A model generated the notes under the pieces. That model was not told the origin of the DNA, ran no database searches, and worked only from the letters and a program-made list of their open reading frames with translations. This document shows positions 22,401-37,429 of a stretch of 64,000 nt of DNA, piece after piece. The translations under genes were made by a program, and so were the position numbers. The DNA is from Octopus sinensis (Eukaryota): assembly GCF_006345805.1 (NCBI RefSeq), contig NC_043002.1, positions 19,406,001-19,470,000 of the forward strand, read 5' to 3'. The stretch's first letter is position 1, and the number at the start of each line of letters is the position of its first letter.

Positions 22401-25400
22401 TGCTAGTGATAAAGTTTCTGTACAGTCACTTAAGCTGCTCAAAAAAGCAGCCAAACGTCTGCAGCAAGCTTCCTGGACTTTTGCAATTGCAACCATATTT
22501 TAAAAAAATATTGGTGCAGTATGCTATACATTGATTAAGAGAAAGCTATATTGAGAAATATAGCTTTGCAACAAGGACAAAAGTCATCATCATCATCATC
22601 ATCACTGTCATGGTAGGAAAAGAGAGGGTGAAAGCATCTGTATAGAGGCTTATCCCATCAAAGTTAATGAATATTTTCATTAACCCCCACCCCACCCCTG
22701 GCCGTGTCAGTGGGAGAAAACAGGTGAAGTTAGAATTCACAGTGGATTGGGAGGAATGAGATTAAGATTGTTAATGTTATTAGTTGAAATGGTGCAGATA
22801 TTTGCGAGAATCAGTTTGCAGAAACTTTACAGTATTTAATTTGAGTTCTATTCACTATTCTGCATTCAAATCTTGCCTTTGACTTTGTCCTTTTAATTCC
22901 TTTTGGATGGGAGTGATTTGATAAAAATACATTCCAATAAAATTCCGTCTCCTGTAGAATTAGAAAATTGTGAATAATTGAAAGAAATCATTTTCATCAC
23001 TTCTGTTGATTAAAGAAGGAGTGAAAACTTAAATATTTGAAATAAATGCCTTTATAGTAGAACCAGAAAGAAAGTGGGATTTAGCTTTCAAGAAAATTTA
23101 ATCCTACCTCCTTTAACATGAATGTCCTAATATTGGATTTGAAAGAAATACAGAATGGTTGATCTCATCCATGTTAATACAGACAGTTGTGCATAATTCA
23201 ATGGCGACGGGGATGATTAGGAATGTTGGCAATAGCAAAACATCAGTTAGGGATTCATTTACAAATAGGAGGAGGAAAACCTTATTCTCTCTCCCTTAGA
23301 ATTAAACCTGGCCAAGTTGAGTTGACCTCTATCCTCTTTTCCTTTACATCAGTTCTGAGACAGTGAGGCAGCCTCTACGTAGTTATGCAATCTGCTTGAA
23401 ATAACAACCAAATTTCCTTCAAACCAGACTTAACATATTTAAAAGAAGGTAGTTTAAATTTGAAGATGTAGTTATAGGTATCATGTCTGAGAATATGATT
23501 GGATGGTCATAGCTGAAATGCCTTGATTATAGGTCTGATTGACTAAACTCCACACACAACTTATCACAAAACAAAGATGTGTTTAGTATATTTTTGAATA
23601 AAAACTAGAACAAGGGTAGATATTGTATACTGAATTAACAGGTTGCCCCTAAATATCTAATGAAACTCTAGATCTGACCAGAAATAGTTCAATGTCATCA
23701 TGACTTGGCACTACAATTAATATCATTGCTATAACAAAACAATATATGAGAGTAAACACAGTATGGTTTGAGCCAGACTCTAAAATAATTGCATAACTAG
23801 AATATCTGGCATGCTGGATTTGTGAGTCATCTGCAAAACAGTTGATCAGTTGTTTTTGATACCTTGGATAACTGGGAGAGAACTTACTGAGACTAAACAA
23901 AAGTAAATAAAGAAAAAAATAATCAGATAAAATTGAAAATATGTGCAAAACAATAAAAAGAATTTTAAAAAGCCCTAACTGTGGACAGTGAAACAATTAT
24001 GCTGTGCTTTATCTTCTCATCAATAATACACAGAAATAAATACTAATACTTGACAAACAAGATTCCCCAGAAATATCAAAAACTCAACTGACATGGGTAG
24101 ACATTTCACAAAAGAGAATTATCAGAAATTATTGTACTTAACTTTAAATTCATAGCTGTCAGTAATACTCCAAAACTCATTTACAAAATTTCACATGAAA
24201 TTCATTACAACTCTTTTTATAGTTTTCTGGTTTTTTTTTTTTTTTTTTTTTAATATTGTCTACCGGTTTTGCTACAGTTTAATTCTCTTCTCCATACTTT
24301 TTTTATTTATCAATCTGTTCAAGATTCCCATTTTCCAGATCATATTTTTGTTTACAATTTCTCAGGCACAAGAACCCATTGTACCAAGACTCAACTCTGG
24401 TTTTTGTGGTGCTCAGCTGAGAAAAATTCCTCCCAAGCCTAGGAATTTTAAGTTATTGCAGATAGCTTTTTTCTGCAATGGAATTGAACTCAGCATGCAT
24501 ATTAATTAAGTTGATATTGTTGCCACTGCTTACACTGTTGAACTAGACAATGTGCAGCACTTAGTAAGGGTTAAGTGTCTTGACAACCAGTGACAAGACA
24601 CAAATAGGTGACGTCTCACTTGGTTGTCTAATTCTATTAATTTGGCCATCCAGTTAAAGGTTAAGTTTCTCTCTTCCCCCTTTCTCTTTCTCTCTGCAAG
24701 TTCATTACAGTTTTATGTAAAAGCCTATTTTGTGTTCCTAATATCAGTTTGTTATAACAGGAAGCAAACGGATATTTTATTGAATTCCACCAAAATCTTT
24801 ATTGATTATGAAAATTGATTGAAACACATAGGCAGTCTACTGTTGCAAGAAATATGGTCAGTAATGGGTTAAACACTTTGGTTGTAGTCTGCTGTGAAAA
24901 GAAATAGGTCAATAATGGATTGTTGATATTTAACTCTGGGTTGTCAACCATGACTGAATTATATATGATAAAAAGTATTCTAGCCATGAATGTCTCAACT
25001 TAGGTTTTAATGTTTTTTTTTTGTTTTTTAACACATGCTTTGTTATTTTTTAAGACAGTAAGGTGTGGTTTGAGGAAATTTTGGTTGCTATTATCAGCAT
25101 GTTGAATGACATTGTAGGGTTTCCCTGGTTGGTTTGGTTTAAACACATTGATAATAGTTTACTGTTGCATAAAATATGATCGGTAACAGGTCCTTTTTTT
25201 TTAATCCCAAGTCAGCCTCAACTGATTTATGATCAAGAATGTTGAATGACCACATAGTGATTCCCTCATTTGCTTGGTCAGATTTTAAAAGTGATATGGT
25301 CAGTAAGGGTTTTTGTTATTGTTTAGTTCCAGGTTAGACCTGAGTGAGTGGGCATTCCAACCATGACCATCCTGGACCTTTTTTTGTGTAATGGTTAACA

Positions 25401-25667
25401 TTCTGGACTTTGAATCCAGCAATCCAAGTTCATGTCTTGGTGAGATGTCATTACTTTAGGCATGGATGTGACTGTCAGGTCCAGGAGCAGCTGTGTGGTA
25501 AGAAGTTTGCTTCCTAACCTCATGGTTCAAAGTTCAGTTGCACTGTGTGACCCCTGGACAAAGGTCATAAACCCTGGCTGACCAAACTCTGCTGAGTTGA
25601 TTTGGTAGATGGAAACTGAAAGAAACCTTTCATCTATATACATATATACATACATACATGCATATCA

Positions 25668-26930
25668 TCATCATCACCATTATTTAATATCCGTCTTCCA
25701 TGCTAGCAAGAGTGGGGCGGTACCACAAGAGCCAGCCAGGCCGAAGCCTGCACCAGACTTCTGTGACTGTTTTGGCAGGATTTTTACAGCTGGATACCTT
25801 CCTAACACCAACCACTGAGCAGAGTGGACTTAGTGCTTTTTATGTGACACAAGCACAGGTGAGGTGAATAATGCTTTTTACATGGCACAAGTACAGGCGA
25901 GATGAGTAGTGCTTTTAACATGACTCAAGCACAGGCAAAGTCAGAACACCAACCACTTTACAGTGTGGACTGGGTGTTTTTAAGTGGCACCTGCACTGAC
26001 AAGGTCACCAAGTACTTGCAAGACACTTTTAAGAGGGGAGGAGGCATTGGAAGAGGTGATGATGACAGGGTTATAGTGAGATACAGGTGTCTTGCTGTAG
26101 AGGAAGTTCAAGGTCACCCTGCCAGAAAGAAAAAGATCAGGAATGAAGACAAAAACAGGTGTGCTACCACAAAGAAAATACCTGGTTGCCCAACCTGAGG
26201 GAAGTGCAGGAGAAAGAGAGAGAGAGTGGGAGCCAGCAGGATAGAGATGGTGGGAAAATGTCGGGCATACTCACAAGGAACAGGGATCAGAATATAAATG
26301 AAATGGTTGAGTAAAGGAAGAGAGCAATATAGATAGTAGCAAGTGCCAAGGCATATCTTTGAGGTTCAAATGCTATAATATAAGTGGCAGGATATTGCAA
26401 AGGAAGTGTGAGTAAATGGCAAATGACCTGGGTATATATAATAGAGTTGTAGGGACTACCGGATAGATATGATACAGAGGAACAGGGTTGCGAAGACAGG
26501 ATTGGGGAGTGAGAGCTAGGCATAGTGTATGAAAGAGGAAATGTGAAGAAGAGAAGAGATGTAGGTTGGTTTATTGGGGTAGGGCGAGGGAAAAGTATTC
26601 TTGTTATATGTGAGTGGAACACCCAGTTCGGAGGGCTAGCAGATAGCAATAATAGAATGAGACAGGGCATGTGGGTAGAACGCACAGGTCAGGGGCAAGC
26701 GGAGACGGAGAGCAATGATACAGTGGCACAGGGCCAAGAGGACAGGAGTGGGAGGTGATCACAGTACATGAAGTCGAAATGTGAGGAAGAGAGATTTATA
26801 GATGTAGTTTGATTTGCTGTGGTAGAGTGTGTGAGATGTTTTCTTGTTAATCGTGGGTGGAACACACTGTGCTTCTCGAACTCAGTTTTGTCGATGTGGG
26901 TAGGTCTTCTCAAGAACTTCATATCACCAG
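25668..26930 (-). mobile_element. Long family C copy with ~1.2-kb purine-skewed body
   Basis: catcatcat...atccgtcttccatgctagc tail at 25668; body homologous to 9880-10140. Confidence 0.65.
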
Positions 26931-27602
26931 ACATCTCGGTCCATTGTCATTTCCTCTGTGAGGCTCAACTTCCTGATATATATACATAGATATTATATGT
27001 ATCTTTGTGTCTGTTTGACCCCTACCACTGTTTGACAACTGATTTTGGTGTGTTTACATCCCTGTAACTTAGTGGTTCAGCAAAAGCGAATGATAGATTA
27101 AGTATCAAGTTTAAAAAATTAAGTACTGGTGTCGATTCATTCAACTAAAATTCTTCAAAGCAGTGCCCCAGCATGACTGACTCAAGTAAAAGATAAAAGA
27201 TATATTATGTTTATATTAACTAATACAGCCTTCGTTTTTTTAAGACAACAGAATGTTATACAAAGATTTATTGTTGTTTTACTAACAGGTTGAAAAACTA
27301 TATAGAGGTATACCTTATTGGGTTGTTTGATAATACTAATTAACTGACTAATTTTATCAAAAATTTTGAAATAATTGGAAGCTTTTTGCATAAATTTTAG
27401 CAGCCAACACCTTGTTTCTTAGCTGTTCTCACTCTTTCTCTCTTTTTTTTCTCTCTTTTTTGTGTGTGTAATAGAGAGATAGAAAATAATATGTATGTGG
27501 CCTGTCTCATTAGATCAGGATGGAAAATAGTCTTTAAATAACTTTCCAATTAACATATATATATATGTATATAAATATATACACACATATGCACATACAC
27601 AC

Positions 27603-27647
<45 letters not shown>

Positions 27648-29202
27648 TATGCACATACACACCCATATATTTATACACACACACACACACATATGCATAT
27701 ATGTATGTATGTGTAGATAGACTGATAGATAAATATAGATAGACAGATATGAACGCAAACAAAAAGTAAAATGATAAATTAATTGGAGCCACTATTACAA
27801 CGAACAACACAATAGTAGTAGTGGTTGCAGTAGTAGTAATACTGGGTAATGAGAAAACAACTTCAGCATTGTGAAAGCTATATATACAATATAAGGAAGT
27901 TAGCAGACATAAAGAAGTAGTGAGTGTTAATGCTGGAGAGCTGTTCCTTCCATACCATTATGGAGAAAACAGCCAAAATAATGGATGTTGTGTCTGTTAG
28001 TCATATGACTTATCTTAAGGAAACGTTATAGTTGTAAAAAAAAAAAAAATGTGGAGGAGTATAATCACGGTCAGAAGCCATTAAGTCTGATAAAATAGTC
28101 ATAAATATATATATTATGAGGTGCAGGCATGGTTGTTCGATAAGAAGTTTGCTTCCCAATCACATGGCTTTGGGTTCAGTCCCACTGTATGGCATCTTTA
28201 GCAAGTGTATTCTACTATTGCCCTAGGCCAACAAGAGCCTCATGAGTAGATTTCTCAGGTGGAAATTGAAAGAAGGCTGTCATCAATCTATGTGTATGCG
28301 TGTTACTGACTACTTGTCTTCACCTAACGTTATAATTGCACACAAGTGTCGCCCTTATTTGTTTCCAATCTTGTGTGCAAATATGTCTGTTCTTGAGGAA
28401 ATATCACCTTACTTCGAAAAAGGTCACACTTTCAAGACCGATAAAGACTCATTGGTATAGTAATGTTGATCTAAACTACCTGCAGCCCTGGCTCAAATTT
28501 TGCAGCCTACATGGATCGATTGAATCATTTAGAGTAGCCAGTTGATGCCTTGCAGTAAGTGTTCTAGCCTTTTACATTCTGAGTTCAATTCTCCTGGAGT
28601 GATAAAATAAATTATCAATTAAATACTGGGGCACATTTAATTGAGTCAAATTTCCCTGCAAATTTCTTGCCTTGAGCCTAAATTAGAAACGATTATTATT
28701 AAAGAGTGGGGGATAGCAGACTTGTTAGTGTCAAAATAAGTTAGAACATTGATGTGCATGTGTACACACACATTCATGCATTATAATGACAACTGATGCA
28801 TGCAGTATGGAAACTTAACAAAGAAAAAAATATACTAGGTATATGTGTAATCTAAAGTAAAAGAAGAAAAATATCAGCAAAGAGAATACAATGCTATGTG
28901 AAAGGCATGAAATTGATATTGAAGTAAGAGAAGTTATAGAAATTCTTATTCAGTAAGTGAAATGAAAATGCAGAGAATACAAAAGAGTTTTGAGAATGGA
29001 ACAAAGCAACTGAAGCAAAATAATATGTTCCAAGACGATTAACGAAGATTTTAAAAAGAAATTTAAGAACAATTAATAAACTCGTTGAATGAAAAAATAA
29101 ATTTTGGAAATTTTAGAAAAGATTTGAGAAGAGAATAAAACCTATGTAAAATCATTATGAAAATAAATTAATAAAAGAACTCAAAGCAAAATGTGTGTGT
29201 GT

Positions 29203-29244
<42 letters not shown>

Positions 29245-29908
29245 GTATATAGTTTATTCTTAAACGAAAATATTGCTGACAGTGACAAATAACCAGCATC
29301 GTTGTTGTTGTTTAGCCACTGGTTAGTCATGGTTGAGCTGATTTATGATCAAGAAAGTCCAGCCATGAATATCTCAACTAATGTATCCTTTTTTCAGTAT
29401 AGTTGTGTGTGATTTTAGGGAGGTTTGGTTGCTATTTTAACAGGTTACATGACCATTTTGAGGTTCCTTTGTTTTTTCAAAGTATCACGGCAATAGGCTA
29501 TAAGATGCAAAGCAGTCTTGGAATTAATAAAAATCAGAAGTTGAGGATAAAACACCATCATAACATTTGCTTCCTGCCAAAGTTTTCCTGCAGCCATTAC
29601 TGCCATTTAGGCCGGGTATCAGCGGCATCAATCTCACTATTCAATAAGGTCCTACATTAGTTATTGACATTGCTTTTCCTCTTTTGACTAACATAAATGA
29701 AACAGTGCATGATATTTTGACCTGTTAAAAATAACTGCCAAATCTCCCTCAAATTGCATCCTACCATCATAGAAAGGAAAATATTAAATATGGTGTTTGT
29801 GGTTGCAGAGTACCTTAGAAAAAGGTCTTGGCTCGAATATCTTTGATCATTGGTCTGCTTCATCATGGCTTAGCAACAACCATTAATTTGTGAAAAAGAA
29901 AATGTCCA

Positions 29909-30082
29909 CAGGAGTGGCTGTGTGGGAAGTAGCTTGCTTACCAAGTACATGGTTCCAGTCTCAGTCTCACTGCATGGCCTTGGGCAAGTATCTCCTACTA
30001 TAGCCTCGTACCAAATGGCAGTAATGGCTTCAGGAAAACTTTGGCAGGAAGCACATGTAGACAGAAACTGAAAGAAGCCTGT

Positions 30083-30130
<48 letters not shown>

Positions 30131-30134
30131 ATAA

Positions 30135-30166
<32 letters not shown>

Positions 30167-30168
30167 AA

Positions 30169-30200
<32 letters not shown>

Positions 30201-30202
30201 AA

Positions 30203-30251
<49 letters not shown>

Positions 30252-30488
30252 CATATATACATGTGTGCGTGTGTAGTTTTGTGTGTCTGTGTTTGTCCCC
30301 TCACCATCGTTGGACAATCGATGCTGGTGTGTTTATGTCCCTGTAACTTAGTGGTTTGGCAAAACAGACCGATAGAATAAGTACTAGGCTTACAAAGAAT
30401 AAGCTCTGGGATCGATTTGTTCAACTAAAGGCGGTGCTCCAGCATGGCTGCAGTCAAATGACTGAAACAAGTAAAAGAATAAAAGAAT
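29909..30488 (+). mobile_element. SINE family A, full length, with expanded (TA)/(TG) hinge
   Basis: Same head, CORE-like segment and M2 module as 19152-19560. Confidence 0.85.
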
Positions 30489-30754
30489 AGCTTAAATAAA
30501 TTAAGAGATTGCCTGAAATGTTGGAATTACACAGCTACAGCAGTCCCAAGTTCCCAACTAAGAAAACAAATTATTTCCAAAATTATTGATATATTGTTTC
30601 TTTTCTTTTTTATGCACATTCTTACTACAGAAACCAAAATGTAATAAGTAAGAGGATTGATTAATATTTGAAATTGAACTACAATAAAAACAAAAAGACT
30701 TTTAAAAGGCTGTATAGCTGGAAAGATCAACTTATAACATTGAAATAGTATTAA

Positions 30755-30969
30755 TCCTTTAGCATTTAAATTGACTATATCCTGCCCAGATATTCTATCT
30801 GTTGTATGTTCAAACTGGCCAAATCCAGCCACATGCACCTACCCTAGAATGTCATTCTAAAAATAAGCAATCACATCATTAGAATTTTGAGGCTATAAGA
30901 TAATGTGTGATTAATTCAAAACAATATGAATAAATAAACATCTCAAAGAGTAGTCTAAATGCTAAGGGG
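30755..30969. mobile_element. piggyBac-type MITE with TTAA target-site duplication
   Basis: TTAA(30751-54)-tcctttagcattta...taaatgctaagggg-TTAA(30970-73); TIRs with TTAA flanks are diagnostic of piggyBac. Confidence 0.8.
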
Positions 30970-31715
30970 TTAAGTAAATGAAAAGAAACCTTGCTTAAAT
31001 ATCTCATGATACTGTTCCTTAAAGTACCCAGGTTCTGTTTCCTATAGTTATTCAGTTTATCATTGTTGATCAAGATAAAATAGGGAAGAAAAATATTGAG
31101 TTACAGTACATGTAGGCTAACATTCAAAATGAGCAAATGATGGAGCTGTATGTTGTCACAACCTCCTAGGAATAACAGCCAAATCCCCCTCAAATCATAT
31201 CCTACTCCCTTATAAAAAGGAAAGACACTGGATAACCTAGTCCTGGTAATTAGTCTGGTGCATGCGTGGGAATGAAACCAACAGTGAAGCAACTATGATA
31301 ACACATCTGCTCAATAAGCACTAACCAAGAGGTTAACTCTTATACCACTAGTGTCACCACTACCATTACCTCATCAAGAACAAGTAACATCTGAAATTGT
31401 CCACACTCAGAAGTAAACATTCTGAAGTGCTTTCCTTTCACCATTACTGTTCAGTCTAGCCTCTGCATCTTCAAGTGCTGGTATGGGTACAAAGTCAACA
31501 GTAAAATATATATATATATATAATCTGAACAAAAATAATGATTTTTAACATTAGCACACAATATTGACTCCAGTACTTGACTGGTGTTTATTTTCTTGAA
31601 ACCTCTACCGTTGGAAACATGAAAGGCAGGAAATGAAGTGAAAACAAAAAGGGATGTAATTAAATATCACAAGTTATTTTGTCTGCTGCTTTTCCAGTTG
31701 TGCCAATGCACAAAT

Positions 31716-31908
31716 CATTAGCACACCAGGCAAAATGCTTAGTGGTATTTTGTCCGTCTTCACATTTTGAGTTCAAATTCAGTTGAGGTCAACTCTGCTT
31801 TTCATCCTTTTGGGGTTGATGAAATAAGTACCAGTATAGCACTGGGGTAGATGTAATCGACTTATCCCCTCCTCACAAATTTCAGGTCTTGTGCTTATAG
31901 TAGAAAGG

Positions 31909-31947
<39 letters not shown>
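31716..31947 (+). mobile_element. SINE family B, well preserved, long (ATT)n tail
   Basis: ttgagttcaaattc B-box; gaggtcaactctgcttttcatccttttggggttgatgaaataagtaccag core. Confidence 0.8.
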
Positions 31948-31952
<5 letters not shown>

Positions 31953-32125
31953 TGTGTACAAATGTTTAACTGTTGGATTCAATGTCCTTGATACCAAAGT
32001 TAGCCTCAGCAGAAATTGAACTCAGAGCATAAAGATAGATGAAATGCTGCTAATCATTTTGCCTGGCATGCTAATGTTTCTACCAGCTTGCTGCCTTATA
32101 ATAATAATAATAATGATAGTAATAA

Positions 32126-32488
32126 TTCTTTTATTTGTTTCAGTCATGTGACTATGACCATGCTGGAGCACTACCTTTAGTCAAACAAATCGACCTCAGG
32201 ACTTATTCTTTGTAAGCCTAGTACTTATTCTATCGGTCTCTTTTGCCGAACCACTAAGTTACAGAGACATAAACACACCAACATTGGTTGTGAAGCGATG
32301 GTGGGGGTACAAACACAGATACACAAGCACACACACACGATGGGCTTCTTTCAGTTTCCGTCTACCAGATCCACTCACAAGGCTTTGGTCGGATAGTAAA
32401 AGACACTTGCCAAGGTGCCACGCAGTGGGACTGAACCCGGAACCATGTAGTTGGTAAGCAAGCTACTTACCACACAGCTACTCCTGTG
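32126..32488 (-). mobile_element. SINE family A, full length
   Basis: Reverse complement of the 19152 consensus; another minus copy at ~62540-62807. Confidence 0.85.
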
Positions 32489-33513
32489 TCTAATAATAAT
32501 AATGATAATAATAATAATTTGCATGAAGGTTATAAAAGGGCATAAAATATTTTATAAACAGTAAAATTTATATAGTTTTTCTAATGCCATTGAATGTGGT
32601 TTTGACATGTGTACCAGAGCCATTTTCTAATGAGTCAAACTGACAATATTAACAAACACCAATGTTGAAATTAATCTGATTACATGAGAATCTGTTGCAG
32701 GTGAAGCATGCAAATATGTCAGTGTGAATAAAGGAGATGAGATGAAATATGTCAGAATGAAGCATAAGATTTAAAAGGAATACATCCAATGATTCAAAAT
32801 ATTTCTGAAATGCAAATTGAATTTCAGAAATGAAGTAATCGGCACTTTGACCATTCTGGCAGTAATTTACAACTTCAATATAATAAACTGGAAGTAACTC
32901 CAATTATCAAAGGAGATTCTCTACTAGGGTGTTCAACTTGTTAGAAATAACATTTAAATCATCCCCAAGTTCTCATCCTGCTGTCTTAGAAAAAAAGCAC
33001 ATAGTATATTGAATAATGTAGTCCTAAATACACTGTCTAAAACAAGCATAGGCAACATTTCTGAGAAACAAGCCACATGAGACATGGATAATCACTAGGT
33101 GGACTTTACTAAAAAATTTGAGGTAATTTTTTTTTGTTATATGTGCCATTTAGAAAGTCCTGTGCAAGCCACAGTTTGCCCATGACTGGTGAAAAAGAAA
33201 AAAAAATGCTGTGATGAATTTCATCATAGGCCTACTTGACCAGGGCTGGCTTTGGATTAAACTTCAACGACTAGATGAGAAATTCAGTCCTACTGCATGG
33301 CACCTTGGGCAAGTGTCATCTACTATAGCCTTTGGCCAACCAAAGCCTTATGAATGGATTTGGTGGATAGAAACTGAAAAAAGCCCATTGTATATATAAT
33401 ATATATATATACATCTAATTTAGGATAAAATTTTTCGAAAAAAATTCTATCAATGGCCAGCATATTAAAAAATACCTTTAAAGGTTAAATTTATAAACAA
33501 TTTATAAGTAAAT

Positions 33514-34166
33514 GCGCAGGAGTGGCTGTGTGGTAAGTAGCTTGCTAACCAACCACATTTCCAGGTTCAGTCCCACTGCATGGCATCTTGGGCAAGTGTC
33601 TTCTGTTGTAGCCCCGGGCCGACCAATGCCTTGTGAGTGGATTTGGTAGACGGAAACTGAAAGAAGCCTGTCGTATATATGTATTATATATATATGTATG
33701 TATGTGTGTGTGTTTGTGTGTTTGCGTTTGTCACCCTAGCATTGCTTGACAACCGATGCTGGTGTGTTTACATCCCCGTCACTTAGCGGTTCAGCAAAAG
33801 AGACCGATAGAATAAGTACTGGCCTTACAAAGAATAAGTCCCAGGGTCGATTTCCTCGACTAAAGGCGGTGCTCCAGCATGGCCACAGTCAAATGACTAA
33901 AACAAGTAAAAGAGTAAAAGAGTATATATATATATATATGCATATATGTTTTTGTCTGTGTTTGTCCCCTACTCCCACCCCATCATTGCTTGACAACTGA
34001 TGTCGATATGTTTAGGTCCCTGTAACTTAGTAGTTAAGCCAAAGAGATCTGTAGAATAAGTACCAGGATTACAAAGAATAAGCCCTGGAGTCAGTTTCTT
34101 TGACTAAAACACTTTAAGGTGGTGCTCAAGCATGGCTGCAATCAAATGACTGAAACAGGTAAAAGA
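33514..34166 (+). mobile_element. SINE family A, full length (33514-33922), followed by a second tandem M2 module (33950-34166)
   Basis: Two successive aataagtac...ccagcatggc...gactgaaac modules separated by a (TA) tract. Confidence 0.85.
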
Positions 34167-35824
34167 AAACAATTAACAATGTTACAATTACGTTTTCTAA
34201 AACCTGATACACAAGGTTTTATATATATATATACTCTTTTACTCTTTATATATATATATATTTATATTTGTAGGCACAAGTCAAAGAGTGTCCCTTATTT
34301 AATATTACACTCTTAAGGGAAGGAAATATCTTGGATAATGTAGTCTTAAATACAGTATACTCTAAACAAAGATTGAAAGATCAAGACTTGAACACTTTGC
34401 CCATAAGTCTACTCAATCTGTTGAGAAAATAGTAGGAAGAGGTGTTATACAGTTGCACAAAATGTAAAAAGCCTTTAAAATTGGTCTAGATACGTGGAAA
34501 TGCACGAAACCTTGTATTACTTATGGCAGGATGACAAAGCTTCTAATATATATGGTAGAAAAACTTGACAAAGCTAAAATATTGCACCTGCTACACCAGG
34601 AAGTACAAATATGTATGGTATTTGATGCTGAGAAGAGAAACTGATCTCCTACGAACCACTTATTGCTTGCTTGGCAATCCTGTTATTTATTACATTACTG
34701 AGTCCCAGCCCTTCCATTTTCATCATCATTGTTTAACGTCCGCTTTCCACGCTAGCATGGGTTGGACGATTTGACTGAGGACTGGCGAATCAGATGGCTG
34801 CACCAGGCTCCAATGTGATCTGGCAGAGTTTCTACCGCTGGATACCCTTCCTAAGATACTATAATTCCTTTTGTTGCATTACCCCCAATTCCCAATTACT
34901 ACTGGTCTTGCCTTTGCACTATCCAGTGCAGTATGGCTGGCTACAAAGTTGGTAGAAAGGAAATATGTAATCTGAATTTTTAAAAATTCTGATATTGCCC
35001 CTCAAAATTAACCTTAGTACTTGACTGGTGTTCATTTTCTCAACACCCCTTGCTGATAATGAAAGGGAGAAACAGAACTGAAAACAAAATGGGATGCAAA
35101 TAAATGCCACAAGCTATTTTGTCTGCTGCTCAACCGATTGTGTCAATCAGCTAAGTAACTAAAATAATTTATATGAAAGATATTATAGTATATATAATAT
35201 TAAAAGAAAACAAAGCAGTAATATTTTATTTTTCAGTTTTGTATCTGATTTGCAAGATTCTCAGCTTTTTCTTAATGCCATAAGAATTTATCATTCCAGT
35301 TAATTCATTATATGAATATATATGTTAGGAAAAGCAGCATTAATCATGCATATTTGAAGAAAACTTTACAAGCATAACTACAGAAGATAAAGACTTAAGG
35401 CCAGAGAAGTACATACAACACAGCAATATTTTCATGAACAATTCCCAAAGCAAATAAATATACCACATTGTAACAAACACCAATCAATATTGGGATTAAT
35501 AATAATAATAATAATCATTTAAGATTAGAAAAAATTTAATTTTCAAAAATAATTCTCCAATTTTTATATAATTTGATGTAATTTTGTTGTTCTTTTTAAT
35601 TTTAATTTAATAATGATTTCTACTTCTTTATTTTGTTCTCTTTCCTTCTTTCTCTCTCTATCTTTTGACTTTCTCATTTTTTTTCTTTCTGTCTGACAAT
35701 TCCAATATCTCTTATTACTCTCTCTTTTCCTCCCTCCCTTGCTCTCTGTTATCTTAGTTTATCCATCTAACATTTTTCATTCTCCTTTACACCTCCCCCA
35801 CACACTCTTAATCCATATGTATAA

Positions 35825-36035
35825 AATTGCTCTCTCTCTCTCTCTCCTCCCCCCATCTCTCGATACATGCACACACACAGACATACACATACACACAAGA
35901 TCTGTTATTTCTCTTACAAAACTGCTATGAACAATTTCTATTTAAAATGTCTAGAAAACATTGTTTTTCTGTTTCTCTTTCTCTCTCTTCATTTATATCT
36001 GACTCTCTCTACCTCTATCTATCTGTCTGTCTGTC

Positions 36036-36079
<44 letters not shown>

Positions 36080-36345
36080 TCTGTCTCTCTCTCTCTCTCT
36101 CTACCTCCCTATTCATCTACCTCTGTCTGTCTCAGTCTCTGTCACACTCTCTCATTATCTCTCTCACTTACTCTCTCTGATTCTCTCACTCTTTATATTT
36201 ATAGTTATCTCTATCCGTCTTCGTATGGCCCACTCTCTCCTTTCCCTTCCTTGCAGTCCTCTTCCTCTCTGTTGTCTCTTCTTAGCATTCATCTCTACCT
36301 GCTCACATTTTTTTATTCCCCACTCTCTCTCTCTCTCTCCTGCCT
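35825..36345. repeat. (CT)n-rich pyrimidine tract
   Basis: Seen directly; gives the spurious Ser/Leu-rich ORFs. Confidence 0.9.
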
Positions 36346-37429
36346 TCTTTTGTATATCTCTGTTGCGCTTTTTAACTTTTTTTTTCTTTTACAAAACTTC
36401 AAGAAAATCTGTGTGTGGGCATTATTGTACGTGTATGCACTTTTTTTTGTGCATGCACTCACTCACGCATGCCTGTTATTTCTGTTTTGAAACTTTTCTG
36501 TATTTAACAGAAATCTAAGGAAACCAGCTGGGCTATTCAAGTCCAAACAAAACATTAAAACACATTAACATCCGGAATGAATTTATATAAAAAAATCTTA
36601 TTTAATTAAACTATTTTATCTATTTCACTACTATTTTCCATAGAATGAATACTACAATCTTCCCTCTACTTTCTTCTTCCTCCAATATCATCACCTTATT
36701 TTCTGAACATGCCAACAATGGATCTCTGTATGATCACCTAGCTTCCCAAAGATAGCAACTAATTCCCTTTCATATCACATCAGCTGAAGAAATATGAAAG
36801 GAAAAGTATAAAAAACGGTAAATAGAATTCATGGCTAAAATGCTTTTGACTAAGCCTTTTCTTGATAGGGGATGAATTATAGTTTAAGAAGGAACTACAA
36901 CTATTTTCTGGAAGATTCATCTTTTTTTTTTCTTGAAGTCATTGAGTGGATGGATAAGTGATTCATGTTAATATTCATCAGTTCAAATCAATGGCAAGCA
37001 TTTTCTTTCTTAGTTGAGCATTGCCTTGGTTATCAGAAATATATTGGAGATTTTCTGAGGCGAAAAGTCACTATATCTCATCTCTCATCCATAAATGCCT
37101 GTGAACCTAAAAGATCAAGTAACTGGCTTCATTTGCTACTTGAATTCATGGAATTTGTATTTTACTTGTATAATTTAAATGTTTCACCTTAGGGCTCTTG
37201 GTTAAATGATTAAAAACAAAAATTTTAATTTACTCAAATTATTGCGTTTTTTATTTTTGTTTTATTTTAGATCTTAGCACCATCTCCACACTTCTTTTCC
37301 TTGTATATATCATTTGATTATTTTCATTTTATATTACTTATTTGATTATTTTCAACTATGTATCTTCCACCTTCTCTTAATAAGCTGTTTGCAAAAATGG
37401 CTTCTTGACTCTCAAGCATAAAATTGTTT

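Noticed and set aside
31570-31710. Similarity to 35015-35150 suggesting an old local duplication
   Set aside because: About 75% identity within a decayed SINE; cannot be distinguished from two insertions of one subfamily.
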